From Fibrobacterales bacterium (GTDB lineage: Bacteria; Fibrobacterota; Fibrobacteria; Fibrobacterales; JAOPTW01), in the NCBI GenBank assembly GCA_051532055.1, contig JAOPTX010000016.1, positions 36,059 to 100,058 of the forward strand: 64,000 bases of DNA, written 5' to 3'. Under the pieces are notes generated by a model. It searched no databases. It was not told the DNA's origin and saw only the letters and a list, made by a program, of their open reading frames with translations. A program made the translations under genes and the position numbers. This document shows, piece after piece, positions 31,353 through 41,716 of this stretch. The stretch's first letter is position 1. Every line of letters begins with the position of its first letter.

Positions 31353-34029
31353 GAAAGTGGATAATACAATGACAAAGATTAAAAGCGCACTAAGTACTCT
31401 CCGACATTTAGTAATAGACTTTTCAATTCAAAGCCCCAAGGCCGTCACCGGAATCATGATGCTCCTCACTACAGCTCTCCTTTTATTGGCTGCCCTCCCC
31501 AGCATCGCACCAGAAAATTTCCCCGCCCTGAATGCTCTCAAGGTAGATACCGATCCAGAAAACATGCTCCCTGATAGTGAACCTGCACGTTTATTTCACA
31601 AACAGATGAACAATGAGTTTAGCCTCAAAGAATTTGTAGGCATTGGTGTTGTAAATGAAACACACCCAAATGGTATTTACAACGCAAAAACTCTCGAGAA
31701 GGTCCATCGTCTCACTCAATTTGCAAAAAACCTCCAATGGGCCAAAGAAGATGGCTCTACTGAAGGGATTGTTGCCGTCGACATAATGGCTCCTTCGCTC
31801 ATAGACAACATTAAGCAAAATGTAGATGGCGGAGTTCAATTTGAATTGTTACTCCCTGGCGCCCCTACCACTGAAGCTGAAGCACTTGCACTCAGGCAAA
31901 AGGTAGACAAACTTCCCTTTCTTCAAGGATCCATGTTTGCCAAAAATGGCAAAGCTTTGGCGCTTATGCTCCCCATGAGTGATAAAAAAGTAGGATACCA
32001 AGTGTATCAAAAGCTTCTTAAAGAAATTGAATCCTATCAGGGTAATGGTGATATTTTTCATATCGCAGGTCTCCCTGTCGCTAAAGAGACCTTTGGTGTA
32101 GAAATGTTTAGCCAGATGGCAATTGCCGCCCCTGCATCAATGTTTATCATCTTCTTACTCATGCTCTTCTTTTTCAGAAAAGTCCGGCTCATTCTCTCAC
32201 CAATGATTGTTGCAATGGTTTCGATCATTATGACTATGGGACTCCTCGTCATTAGCGGAAACACTATCCATATTATGAGCTCAATGATCCCAATTTTTAT
32301 TATGCCCATTGCAGTACTGAATGCAGTACACATACTCTCTGATTTTTTTGAAGAGTATCAAAAAATTGGTGATCGTAAAAAAACCATAGAAATCGTTATG
32401 GTAAAACTCTTTAGTCCCATGCTCTTTACTTCACTGACTACCGTAGCTGGATTTGCATCTCTTGCTCTCACTCCAAACCCTCCTGTACAAGTATTTGGTA
32501 TTTTTGTAGCTCTCGGCGTTGGGTTTGCATGGCTTTGGACTATCCTTTTTATTCCTTCGTACATTATGATGATGCCCGAAGACTCCCTCAAAGATTTTGG
32601 TACCAGTGAAGATGCTGCCAACAACAGCCCCCTCAATAAAGCTATCTCCAAAGTTGGTTCCATTGCTTATAATAAAAAGGGTTCTATCATTGTTGCGGTG
32701 ATAGCTTTAATGGTTCTTTCTGTCGTTGGCATTAAACAAATTGTTATTAACGACAACCCAACACTATGGTTTGCATCAGATCACCCACTTCGTGTTGCAG
32801 ATAAAGAGTTGAATAAACACCTTTCAGGAACCTATTCTGGATATCTTGCCCTTCACCAAAAAAATGAACAAAGTAACACAACTGCATTTACTGAAGCTCT
32901 ACAAAAACAGGTCCCTGAGCAGCTCATTACTCCTATTCTACAAAAGGTAACCGGCAAGACCCTTGCAGAATACATTGCCAATAGTGAAACGGCCATTGAA
33001 GAAGCCCTTGACTCTGACGACATAAGTGACAATAACGCAGAAGACCTTGAAGAAGCCTTCACCATTATCGATACATTTAAAGGCGCATTACAAACCTTTA
33101 AAAACCCCGAGGTACTCAACTACATAGTCGACCTCCAAAAACACATTGAAACCGTTGAAGGTGTGGGTAAAGTAAATGGTCTCACTGATCTCGTTCAAAC
33201 AGTTTATCGTGAAATGCATGGCGGTGATTCCAAGTACTACACTATTCCTGAAACTCAAAGTGCTGTCGCTCAATCACTCACCACTTATCAAAGTAGCCAC
33301 CGCCCTCAAGATCTCTGGCACTTTGTAACCCCTGATTACTCAAAAGCAAACCTTTGGGTACAACTCCAATCAGGCAACAACACTGACATGCAACGTGTAG
33401 TTACTGCCGTTGATAATTACATCGCACAGAATCCACTCCCAGCAGGCTTAGCACACAACTGGTTTGGCCTTACATATATCAACCTCATATGGCAAGAAAA
33501 CATGGTTTCGGGGATGCTCAGTGCTTTTATCGGAAGCTTTATCATTGTCATGATTATGATGATCTTTCTCTTTAGATCATTCTGGTGGGGTATTCTTTCT
33601 ATGATCCCTCTGAGTGTCACTATTGTGGCAATCTATGGCATTGTAGGATTCATCGGAAAAGATTTTGATATGCCTGTCGCAGTACTCTCTTCCCTTTCGC
33701 TCGGCCTTGCTATAGACTATGCTATTCATTTTATCGTACGGAGCAAACAGATCACCGCCCGTCATAAAAGCTGGGATGACTCGATCGAAGAGATCTTCCA
33801 AGAACCAGCACGGGCAATTGTTAAAAATGTTTTTGTAGTAGGCATCGGATTTTTACCGCTACTCCTCTCACCACTAGTTCCGTATAAAACTGTAGGAATT
33901 TTCATCGCCTCAATTCTTATTTTTGCAGGTGCTGCATCAATTATAATTCTCCCCGCTCTTATTACCCTCTTTCAAAAACAGTTATTTAAAAATCACACAA
34001 TGGACACACCTTCAACAGACAAACATTAA
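31351..34029 (+). CDS. MMPL/RND family transporter (start 31351 or 31369)
   Basis: Two TM bundles with periplasmic loops; TSLTTVAGF, GLAIDYAIH; ORF-track TTG start is the -35 box. Confidence 0.88.
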   Translation: MKVDNTMTKIKSALSTLRHLVIDFSIQSPKAVTGIMMLLTTALLLLAALPSIAPENFPALNALKVDTDPENMLPDSEPARLFHKQMNNEFSLKEFVGIGVVNETHPNGIYNAKTLEKVHRLTQFAKNLQWAKEDGSTEGIVAVDIMAPSLIDNIKQNVDGGVQFELLLPGAPTTEAEALALRQKVDKLPFLQGSMFAKNGKALALMLPMSDKKVGYQVYQKLLKEIESYQGNGDIFHIAGLPVAKETFGVEMFSQMAIAAPASMFIIFLLMLFFFRKVRLILSPMIVAMVSIIMTMGLLVISGNTIHIMSSMIPIFIMPIAVLNAVHILSDFFEEYQKIGDRKKTIEIVMVKLFSPMLFTSLTTVAGFASLALTPNPPVQVFGIFVALGVGFAWLWTILFIPSYIMMMPEDSLKDFGTSEDAANNSPLNKAISKVGSIAYNKKGSIIVAVIALMVLSVVGIKQIVINDNPTLWFASDHPLRVADKELNKHLSGTYSGYLALHQKNEQSNTTAFTEALQKQVPEQLITPILQKVTGKTLAEYIANSETAIEEALDSDDISDNNAEDLEEAFTIIDTFKGALQTFKNPEVLNYIVDLQKHIETVEGVGKVNGLTDLVQTVYREMHGGDSKYYTIPETQSAVAQSLTTYQSSHRPQDLWHFVTPDYSKANLWVQLQSGNNTDMQRVVTAVDNYIAQNPLPAGLAHNWFGLTYINLIWQENMVSGMLSAFIGSFIIVMIMMIFLFRSFWWGILSMIPLSVTIVAIYGIVGFIGKDFDMPVAVLSSLSLGLAIDYAIHFIVRSKQITARHKSWDDSIEEIFQEPARAIVKNVFVVGIGFLPLLLSPLVPYKTVGIFIASILIFAGAASIIILPALITLFQKQLFKNHTMDTPSTDKH

Positions 34030-34046
34030 GATAAAGGAACAATATA

Positions 34047-34844
34047 ATGAAACAGCTTATTAAAAATACTGTAGTAGCCCTTACCTTTTTAACCGGATCA
34101 CTCTTTGCCGAGTCGACCCTTAATGTGACAGATATTATTACCAAAGCAAATAACACGTCTTACTACGCGGGCAAGGACGGCAGAGCAAAAGTACATATGA
34201 CCATTAAAGATGATCAAGGACGCAAACGAAAACGGAGCTTTACGATTCTGCGCAAAGATATTGGCGAGACCGATGGCGAACAAAAATTTTATGTCTTTTT
34301 TCGCAGGCCTTCAGATATTAAAAATATGGCTTTTCTCGTTTACAAACATATGGAGCGCGATGATGACCGTTGGCTATACCTTCCATCAATGGATCTCGTG
34401 AAACGTATAGCAGGGAGTGATAAACGAACCAGTTTTGTGGGCTCAAGCTTCTTTTACGAGGATGTATCAGGGAGAGGCTTAACCCTCGACACTCATACTC
34501 TTGAAAAAACAACGGCAAAGCATTATGTGGTAAAGAATGTACCAAAGGATCTCGGTTCTGTTGAGTTTTCAGAGTACACCGTCTGGATCAACAAAACAAA
34601 TTTTGTTCCCGAAAAAATTGAATACCTCGACAAAAAAGGAGTGCTCTATAGAAGTTATCGTGCGCTCAAAACCAAGGTAGTACAAGGGCACCCTACAGTA
34701 ACCATGGCAGTAATGAAAGACCATAATACGGGGGTAGAAACACTCAACAAATACACAAAAGTGGGATACGACATCGGTATTGATGAGTCAATTTTTACTG
34801 AACGCTTCCTCAGAAAACCGCCGCAAAAATTGTTGAAATTTTAG
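34047..34844 (+). CDS. LolA-like outer-membrane lipoprotein-sorting protein
   Basis: Signal peptide; DDRWLYLP..VKRIA..K..SFVGSSFFYED; FTERFL. Confidence 0.85.
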   Translation: MKQLIKNTVVALTFLTGSLFAESTLNVTDIITKANNTSYYAGKDGRAKVHMTIKDDQGRKRKRSFTILRKDIGETDGEQKFYVFFRRPSDIKNMAFLVYKHMERDDDRWLYLPSMDLVKRIAGSDKRTSFVGSSFFYEDVSGRGLTLDTHTLEKTTAKHYVVKNVPKDLGSVEFSEYTVWINKTNFVPEKIEYLDKKGVLYRSYRALKTKVVQGHPTVTMAVMKDHNTGVETLNKYTKVGYDIGIDESIFTERFLRKPPQKLLKF

Positions 34845-34853
34845 GAGATACTT

Positions 34854-36218
34854 ATGAAAAAGCTACTGATATTTATAATCTCATTTGCTGCGCTACTCTC
34901 TGCAACAGAGGTTGGTGACACCAAGAATGCTGACTCTTTTGATACATATGATCTCTCAGGCTTTGAAGATGAGATGGATGACGCTGATGAAGTATTTGAT
35001 GAAGAGGAAGGAGAATCATCTTCACCGCTCTCCTATGAGGGCTATATGGATGGGCGCATTGGTTCACGAATCTATTCAGGTAAAGACAACGACCAATTCA
35101 CCCTTGTCGAACTCAGGTTACGGACCGCCCTTCAGGCTGACTTTAACCATGTAAACCTCAAAGTTGTACTTGATCTGCTGTACGACCCAATCGAACATCC
35201 TGACACTGTTGATTTCTATCAAGGAAATGGATGGCTCGATTTAAGAGAAGCGCATTTTGGAACTGCCCTCGGTAATCTTGACCTCCGGGTGGGACGCCAA
35301 GCAGTTACATGGGGAACTGGTGATATGCTCTTTATTAATGATCTCTTTCCTAAAGATTGGAAATCTTTTTTTATTGGACGCGATCAGGAATTTCTTAAAG
35401 CACCACTTGATGGTGTAAAGAGTTCGTTTTACACGCCGTATTTCTCTCTCGACTTTGTATGGGTACCCTTTTTTGCATCAGACAGATACCTTGATGGTAA
35501 TCGTGTGAGCTTCTTTGGCCCATCAGGTCAGATAACCGGCAAAACCTATGAATTTGATGCAGAGGAACCCGACTCTTTTGGGGATGACTCCGAGTATGCG
35601 GTACGTCTTCACACAACTGTTAGCGGTTACACTGCAGCGCTCTATGGCTACCACGGTTTTTGGAAAAGTCCGAGTGGCATGACTGAGACAGGTCAATTTT
35701 ATTACCCTAAATTACAGGTTTATGGGGCCTCACTGCAAGGGCCACTCTTAGGTGGGCTTGCCAACGCAGAAGTCGGCCATTACCACTCTAAAGAAGATGT
35801 AGGTGGTTTTAATCCTATGATTCCAAACCCTGAGATGCGCTACCTTTTTGGTTATGAACGAGAAGTGTTTTTAAATATAATGGCAAGTGCACAATACTAC
35901 CTAGAGTACATGCTTGAGTATGCCCCATACACTCAAACCCTTTTTCCCGGCATGAATGCCAAAGAGGAATATCGTGATCTCATTACTCTTAGACTAACCA
36001 AGTACTTTCTCATGCAGACCCTTACCTATTCACTCTTTGGGTATTTTTCACCTGCTGATGAAGATGGATACATCAAGACATCACTTGCGTACAAGATATC
36101 AGACACCATCCAGGTCGATGGAGGAATCAATATTTTTAGTGGCACCAATGAGTACTCTTTTTGGGGACAATTTGAATCAAACTCGAATGTGTATGCCGGG
36201 GTTAAGTATCGTTTTTAG
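34854..36218 (+). CDS. Outer-membrane beta-barrel (DUF1302-like) partner of MMPL system
   Basis: Signal peptide, LREA...GRQAVTWG, C-terminal YAGVKYRF. Confidence 0.75.
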   Translation: MKKLLIFIISFAALLSATEVGDTKNADSFDTYDLSGFEDEMDDADEVFDEEEGESSSPLSYEGYMDGRIGSRIYSGKDNDQFTLVELRLRTALQADFNHVNLKVVLDLLYDPIEHPDTVDFYQGNGWLDLREAHFGTALGNLDLRVGRQAVTWGTGDMLFINDLFPKDWKSFFIGRDQEFLKAPLDGVKSSFYTPYFSLDFVWVPFFASDRYLDGNRVSFFGPSGQITGKTYEFDAEEPDSFGDDSEYAVRLHTTVSGYTAALYGYHGFWKSPSGMTETGQFYYPKLQVYGASLQGPLLGGLANAEVGHYHSKEDVGGFNPMIPNPEMRYLFGYEREVFLNIMASAQYYLEYMLEYAPYTQTLFPGMNAKEEYRDLITLRLTKYFLMQTLTYSLFGYFSPADEDGYIKTSLAYKISDTIQVDGGINIFSGTNEYSFWGQFESNSNVYAGVKYRF

Positions 36219-36247
36219 ATCATAAGACCTATACATAGAATAACGCC

Positions 36248-36276
36248 GAGTCAGGGAGTCATCCACTCCCTGACTC
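36248..36276. terminator. Perfect 12-bp hairpin after the MMPL operon
   Basis: GAGTCAGGGAGT-catcc-ACTCCCTGACTC; no clear U tract. Confidence 0.55.
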
Positions 36277-36383
36277 CATAAACCATTTACCGTTATTCTA
36301 TTTGAGTACGCTTTCGGTACGGTAATCCCCCTTTCAACACCGCTTTGCTTCACATACCCCCTACCTATTCATATATTTAGAGT

Positions 36384-36513
36384 CAGAAGGGTATTTGAGA
36401 CTGTTTTGTTATTCTAAGTGATTATTCGTCTCATGCCCACCTTCATCTACTGGATTCTACAGTAGATTTGCCCAAAGGTTCACTCCCTCCCCAGGAGTGA
36501 ACCTCTCTTTTTT
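36384..36513 (+). ncRNA. Candidate stand-alone sRNA with three hairpins
   Basis: TTCACA-N17-TATATT promoter, two stem-loops, then an 11-bp terminator stem with T run. Confidence 0.55.
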
Positions 36514-36642
36514 ACCCCTCATACACCCACAACTCACATAGTGCTCAAAAAAGCACTAACTTTCTATTTATCCCCTTGCAAAGCAATACGTTAGCACCTA
36601 TATTGCCCATATGTGCAGTGCACGTTTGAATGAGGAGAATAG

Positions 36643-39090
36643 ATGTCACATAAAATGAAAACCTATATTGAGCAAACTTTTTCTGAGCAGATTCGCTCTC
36701 ATGAAGCCCTGCCCAAAACTACAGGTACCTATGCCGACTTCCCCCCCGACCTCAACCCGCTCCTCACGCAAACCCTTAGAGAGAAACAGATCCTCTCCCT
36801 GTATAGTCATCAACGAGAGGCGTATGACTCTATAACTGCCGGTAAAAACACCGTTATTGTCTCCCAAACGGCCAGTGGCAAGACCCTCTCATTCTTACTC
36901 CCTATTCTCAATCAGCATATTGCTGCTAAAAACCCTTTTAGTACTCTTTTTCTCTATCCAACCAAAGCTCTTTCTCGAGATCAAGAGGGAAATCTCGCCT
37001 CACTGCTCGATACCGCAAATCTTGAACGCAAACTGGGAACATTTGATGGCGATACCCCAAAAGAAGAACGAGCAAAAATGATGAGAAATGCGGACTTTAT
37101 TATGAGTAACCCCGACATGCTCCATGGAGGGATTCTCCCTAATCACAATCGCAAGTGGAAAGATTTCATCTCGCGTTTAAAATATATTGTTATTGATGAA
37201 GTCCATACTTATCGTGGGGCGTATGGATCTCACGTTGCCAATATTTTTAGACGGCTCCTACGCGTATGTGAAATACATGGATCAGAACCAATTTTCATCT
37301 GCTCATCAGCAACCATTGGCAACCCTAAAGAGCACGTTGAAAAATTATTTAACCAAGCATTTACCGTCATTGATCAAGATGGTTCGCCTCGTCCAAAAAG
37401 AGACCTCTACCTTCTCAATCCATCAATGGCTCGCACTCATGGAGGGTCTCTCTACCGAAAGGGCCCCGGATCTGCCTCAATTCCGTTACTCGTTGAAGCG
37501 TGTAAACAAGGGGTGCGCACTATCTGTTTTTGTAGAGGCCGGCAAGAGGTTGAACGTCTCTATAAAGCCGTACTTGACCGTGACCCTAGTTTAAAAGATG
37601 TCATTAAACCCTACCGAGGGGGACTCCTCCCCAATGAGAGGCGACAATTAGAACAAGACCTTTTTAGTGGGAAATTAAAGGCAATTATCTCGACTAATGC
37701 ACTCGAACTTGGTATTGATATTGGCGACCTCGATCTCTGTATACTCTCGGGGCATCCCGGTACCGTTGCGAGTTTTTGGCAACAAGCAGGACGTGTTGGT
37801 CGTAAAAACAATAATGCTATCATTGCCTACATCGCAAAAGAATCACCGGTTGATCAATACCTCGTGCATCACTCTGACTTTATCACATCAGCTCCTGCAG
37901 AACAAGCATGGCTGAATGCCAACAATCCATACATTCTCTTACAACATCTCCCCTGTGCAGCCTATGAACATCCGTTCAGAGAAGAAGAGCCGGCCTTCCC
38001 CAATGTACTATTCAATCAAAGTATCGAAGTACTCAAAGAGGACGGTAGCCTTAAACCCTATAAAACATTTTTAAGATATAGCCGCGATGATTACCCAGCA
38101 AAAGGAGTCAACATTCGGGGTATGACCGACTACAACATCGAAATCTATTGTGGCACTGAAGTAATTGGTGAAATCGACCCCATTGGGGCCCGCGGTGAGC
38201 TCTACAAAGATGCCATTTATATGCATTTAGGCAAACGCTACATGTCTATGGATCTCGATCTTGAAAAAAAATTATGTCGTGTCGAACGAGTCGATGTTGA
38301 CTACTATACTGAGGCCCACTGGGAGCGTAGTGTTTCACTCGAAGATGAATTTGACCAACAATTTGTTCACGGCCACAAACTCACTTTTGGCTTTATCAAT
38401 GCAAAAAAACAACCAAAGCTCTATAAAAAAATACGTGAAAAGACTTTTGAAAACATTGGTGCCGGCCCCATAACCCTCGCCCCTTTTGAATATGACACAA
38501 CAGGTTTTTGTATTCAACCCAATCCCACCTGGATGCGTGAAGTTCAAGCGGTCGACCGCAGATTTGTAGGCGCCGGTCTCTATGGCCTCGCTTCCATCAT
38601 GCGAAAAGTATGTCCGTCTGTTTGCATGGCCTCAACCGGTGACATCGAAACCGATGTGTCATTAACCGACAAAGATGAAACTGAATGGAAAAGTTCACTC
38701 TATCTCTTTGACTCTATTGACGGTGGTGTTGGTTATGGCGAGAAAATTTACGAAAACCTAGACACTGCTCTTAAACTCTGTCTCGATATTATTAACGAGT
38801 GTGAGTGCGAGGCGGGCTGCCCATCTTGTGTCCCTACAATGCCACCAGGTGCTGAAGGTGAAGAAATGAGCAGTCTCCTTATTGAGTCAAATGCATCTCG
38901 AGAGTGTACTAAAAGCTTACTGCTTGATCTTCTCTACGGTGAGACCTACCTCCCTCAGGTATCTATCATCAAAAAACCACTTAATAACCAAATAGAACCA
39001 CCACCTGCGGACTTGGAATTTTTGATGAATCAAAAAAGACTTTCAAGTGCCGCGCTCATCATGAAACGGAAAAGAGAGCGTCTCCATTGA
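36643..39090 (+). CDS. DEAD/DEAH helicase with C-terminal DUF1998 (MrfA/YprA/SftH/Hrq1-like)
   Basis: LYSHQ, TASGKT, YPTKAL, DEVH, SAT, ALELGIDIG, QQAGRVGR, CECEAGCPSC. Confidence 0.9.
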   Translation: MSHKMKTYIEQTFSEQIRSHEALPKTTGTYADFPPDLNPLLTQTLREKQILSLYSHQREAYDSITAGKNTVIVSQTASGKTLSFLLPILNQHIAAKNPFSTLFLYPTKALSRDQEGNLASLLDTANLERKLGTFDGDTPKEERAKMMRNADFIMSNPDMLHGGILPNHNRKWKDFISRLKYIVIDEVHTYRGAYGSHVANIFRRLLRVCEIHGSEPIFICSSATIGNPKEHVEKLFNQAFTVIDQDGSPRPKRDLYLLNPSMARTHGGSLYRKGPGSASIPLLVEACKQGVRTICFCRGRQEVERLYKAVLDRDPSLKDVIKPYRGGLLPNERRQLEQDLFSGKLKAIISTNALELGIDIGDLDLCILSGHPGTVASFWQQAGRVGRKNNNAIIAYIAKESPVDQYLVHHSDFITSAPAEQAWLNANNPYILLQHLPCAAYEHPFREEEPAFPNVLFNQSIEVLKEDGSLKPYKTFLRYSRDDYPAKGVNIRGMTDYNIEIYCGTEVIGEIDPIGARGELYKDAIYMHLGKRYMSMDLDLEKKLCRVERVDVDYYTEAHWERSVSLEDEFDQQFVHGHKLTFGFINAKKQPKLYKKIREKTFENIGAGPITLAPFEYDTTGFCIQPNPTWMREVQAVDRRFVGAGLYGLASIMRKVCPSVCMASTGDIETDVSLTDKDETEWKSSLYLFDSIDGGVGYGEKIYENLDTALKLCLDIINECECEAGCPSCVPTMPPGAEGEEMSSLLIESNASRECTKSLLLDLLYGETYLPQVSIIKKPLNNQIEPPPADLEFLMNQKRLSSAALIMKRKRERLH

Positions 39091-39860
39091 TCAATCAAAC
39101 CTTTCAACACTGTAAGGGCATTGGCCCAGTAACCGAAGAGAAAGTACTCCATGCAGGCTTTTCTCGTTGGGAAGACATTTTAGAAAAACCTGACTCCCTC
39201 CCCGTAGGTGGTAAAGTAAAAGACTCTCTCATGCAAATGACCGAGCAGAGTATCTATGCCCTTGAGTCAGACGATATTCAATTTTTTGTCGATTCGTTTG
39301 CTCCGTCACAACACTGGCGAATCCTCGATCGTTATTTCTCAAAGGCCTCTTACTTTGATATTGAAACAACTGGCTTTTCCAATTATGAAAGTGACATATC
39401 ATGTATCGTCTGTATGCACAAAGGCGAGCTTCACACTTTTGTACGCGATAAAAACCTGGATGATTTTCTCGATCTACTTGAAGATGTCGAACTCCTCGTT
39501 TCCTTTAATGGCACAAGCTTTGATGTTCCTTTTGTCGTTAATTCGTTTCATATTCCAGAAATCCCTTGTCCCCATGTTGATCTCAGATGGATCTGTTATC
39601 ACGCAGGCATCACCGGTGGTCTGAAATCCATAGAAAAGCAACTCAATATACAACGGCCAAAGCACCTCCAAGAGGTTGATGGCTTTGAAGCAATTTACCT
39701 CTGGGAAAACTGGAAGCGCTATCAAGACCATCAATCCCTCAATAAGCTCATTCAATATTGTCAGTACGATGTGCGCTCTCTCGCGACGGTTGCATCAAAA
39801 GTCATGACTAAAGTCCGCCCAAAGCCTGAGATTCATTCTCTACATACCCATGTTACTTAA
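39087..39860 (+). CDS. RNase H-like DEDD exonuclease (YprB/MrfB-like)
   Basis: FDIETTG, FNGTSFDVP, GGLKSIE, YCQYDV; overlaps helicase stop. Confidence 0.85.
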   Translation: MINQTFQHCKGIGPVTEEKVLHAGFSRWEDILEKPDSLPVGGKVKDSLMQMTEQSIYALESDDIQFFVDSFAPSQHWRILDRYFSKASYFDIETTGFSNYESDISCIVCMHKGELHTFVRDKNLDDFLDLLEDVELLVSFNGTSFDVPFVVNSFHIPEIPCPHVDLRWICYHAGITGGLKSIEKQLNIQRPKHLQEVDGFEAIYLWENWKRYQDHQSLNKLIQYCQYDVRSLATVASKVMTKVRPKPEIHSLHTHVT

Positions 39861-40742
39861 GTGAGTCGTATGATTAAAGAGATAGAGACCAAATCCATTT
39901 TATCGACCCTTAAAGAACCAGACAAGTTCTTTGGGGTTCGTTATAATATGAATCTCTATAGAGGGTGTAGCCATCAATGCATCTACTGCGATAGTAGAAG
40001 TGACTGTTATCACATAGAAGATTTTAACCATTCCATTGAAATAAAAATCAATGCCATAGAACTACTCAACAATGAGCTGAGTAAGAAAAAAATAAAAGGA
40101 ACCATTGGAACCGGTTCTATGAACGACCCCTACATGCCTATTGAAAAAAAGTATCAGCTCACTCGACAAGCGTTAAAAGCCATCTACCTCAACAGGTTCC
40201 CTTTGCATATTATTACTAAAGGAACCCTCGTTACCCGAGACCGCGATATTTTACAAGAAATTCACAAACTCTATGCTGCTATTAGTTTCTCAATCACCAC
40301 ACCACATGATGAAATTGCTCGATCAATTGAACCAGGCGCCCCAAACGCGACCAGTCGTTTTTCTGCGATGCAAACACTCGCCCTTGCGGGACTCTATACT
40401 GGGGTTACACTTATGCCTTCTCTACCATGGATTACTAATGATATAGACGACTTAAAACTACTCATTAGTAAATCAGTCGATGCAGGGGCCCAATATATTA
40501 TATCTGGTTTTGGCGTCACACTCAGAGACCGCCAAAGGGATCATTTTTTGAAAGAACTTGACCAGCGATTTCCGGCCCTCAAAGAACGTTACCTAAATAC
40601 CTATGGAATAACACACTCATGCCTTCCCACCAATCATCAGCAACTAGAAGATGTTTTCCAGGAACTCTGTTATGTAAAAAGTATTGCAACAACGATTACC
40701 CCGTTCCACCTTCAAGAGACCGAACAACTACAACTGCTCTAA
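39861..40742 (+). CDS. Radical SAM protein, SplB-like DNA repair family
   Basis: NLYRGCSHQCIYC (CxxxCxxC), DPYMPIE, IITKG, IEPGAP. Confidence 0.85.
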   Translation: MSRMIKEIETKSILSTLKEPDKFFGVRYNMNLYRGCSHQCIYCDSRSDCYHIEDFNHSIEIKINAIELLNNELSKKKIKGTIGTGSMNDPYMPIEKKYQLTRQALKAIYLNRFPLHIITKGTLVTRDRDILQEIHKLYAAISFSITTPHDEIARSIEPGAPNATSRFSAMQTLALAGLYTGVTLMPSLPWITNDIDDLKLLISKSVDAGAQYIISGFGVTLRDRQRDHFLKELDQRFPALKERYLNTYGITHSCLPTNHQQLEDVFQELCYVKSIATTITPFHLQETEQLQLL

Positions 40743-40960
40743 CAAATTCAGTTCCATTGTACAAACAACACCTCACTCTTGACACTATCGAAAGTAAAGT
40801 AAAGAAACCTTGATTACTCAATGAGCACACCCTAATAACTCAAACCCATTGTAAACTTTCATCTAATAAACCCAATCTAAAGCGAATTGCCTATCCCTGA
40901 ATTCAGGTATTATCTATGTTTCCTCATACGAGGGTAAACATTATTTTGAGAGAGGTAGTA

Positions 40961-41644
40961 ATGCAGTTTGCCGTAGTTTCCGATATACACAGTAATTTCT
41001 ATGCCTTAGAGGCTGTTTTTTATGATATTCGCTCCAAAGGGATTGATACAATCTATTGTGCTGGTGATATTGCTGGGTATTATACACTACCCAATGAGAC
41101 CATTGATTTATTAAAGAAAATGGATGCTCAGGCAATTTTGGGTAATCATGATTTTGATATCCTCTACCAAAAATTTAAAGACCCAATGAGCTCTAGCTGT
41201 CCAAAAGTCTGGAACTACAATAACCTTTCAGAGTCAAGTCTTGAGTACCTTAAGGGCCTACCCGATTTTATAAACATCGAAATTGAAGGTAAAAAGGTTC
41301 ACATCTGTCATGGAAGTCCTTCAAGTAGAACCGAGTACCTGTATCAAAACAGCATCGAAGCAGAGCTTGCCATAACCAGTATTGAACATGATGTACTCAT
41401 TTGTGGCCACACTCATATCCCCTATCATCAGCAATATGGAAACAAACACATTATCAATTCAGGAAGTGTCGGCAAACCTAAAAATGGTTCACCCAATGCA
41501 ACCTATGTGGTTGTCACTATTACCGATGATGTTTCCGTTGAAATTGGTGATGTGCAATATAAGTTTCATAAGACCGTAGAACATGTGGTAAACTCATCAG
41601 AGCTCCCAGAGCACAATACACTTTCTCTTATTTACGGAAAATAA
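40961..41644 (+). CDS. Calcineurin-like metallophosphoesterase
   Basis: SDIHSN, GD, GNHD, HGSP, GHTH, NSGSVG; GAGG RBS before 40961. Confidence 0.9.
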   Translation: MQFAVVSDIHSNFYALEAVFYDIRSKGIDTIYCAGDIAGYYTLPNETIDLLKKMDAQAILGNHDFDILYQKFKDPMSSSCPKVWNYNNLSESSLEYLKGLPDFINIEIEGKKVHICHGSPSSRTEYLYQNSIEAELAITSIEHDVLICGHTHIPYHQQYGNKHIINSGSVGKPKNGSPNATYVVVTITDDVSVEIGDVQYKFHKTVEHVVNSSELPEHNTLSLIYGK

Positions 41645-41716
41645 GGAACCCCGGCCTGGGGAAGGGCTCGGGGTTTACCTTTGGTGATTGGATTGGGACT
41701 ACTATCTAATCATCAT

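Noticed and set aside
36643..39090. DUF1998 helicase as DISARM or Druantia component
   Set aside because: No methylase, PLD or partner defence genes; pairing with a YprB-like nuclease fits MrfAB-type repair
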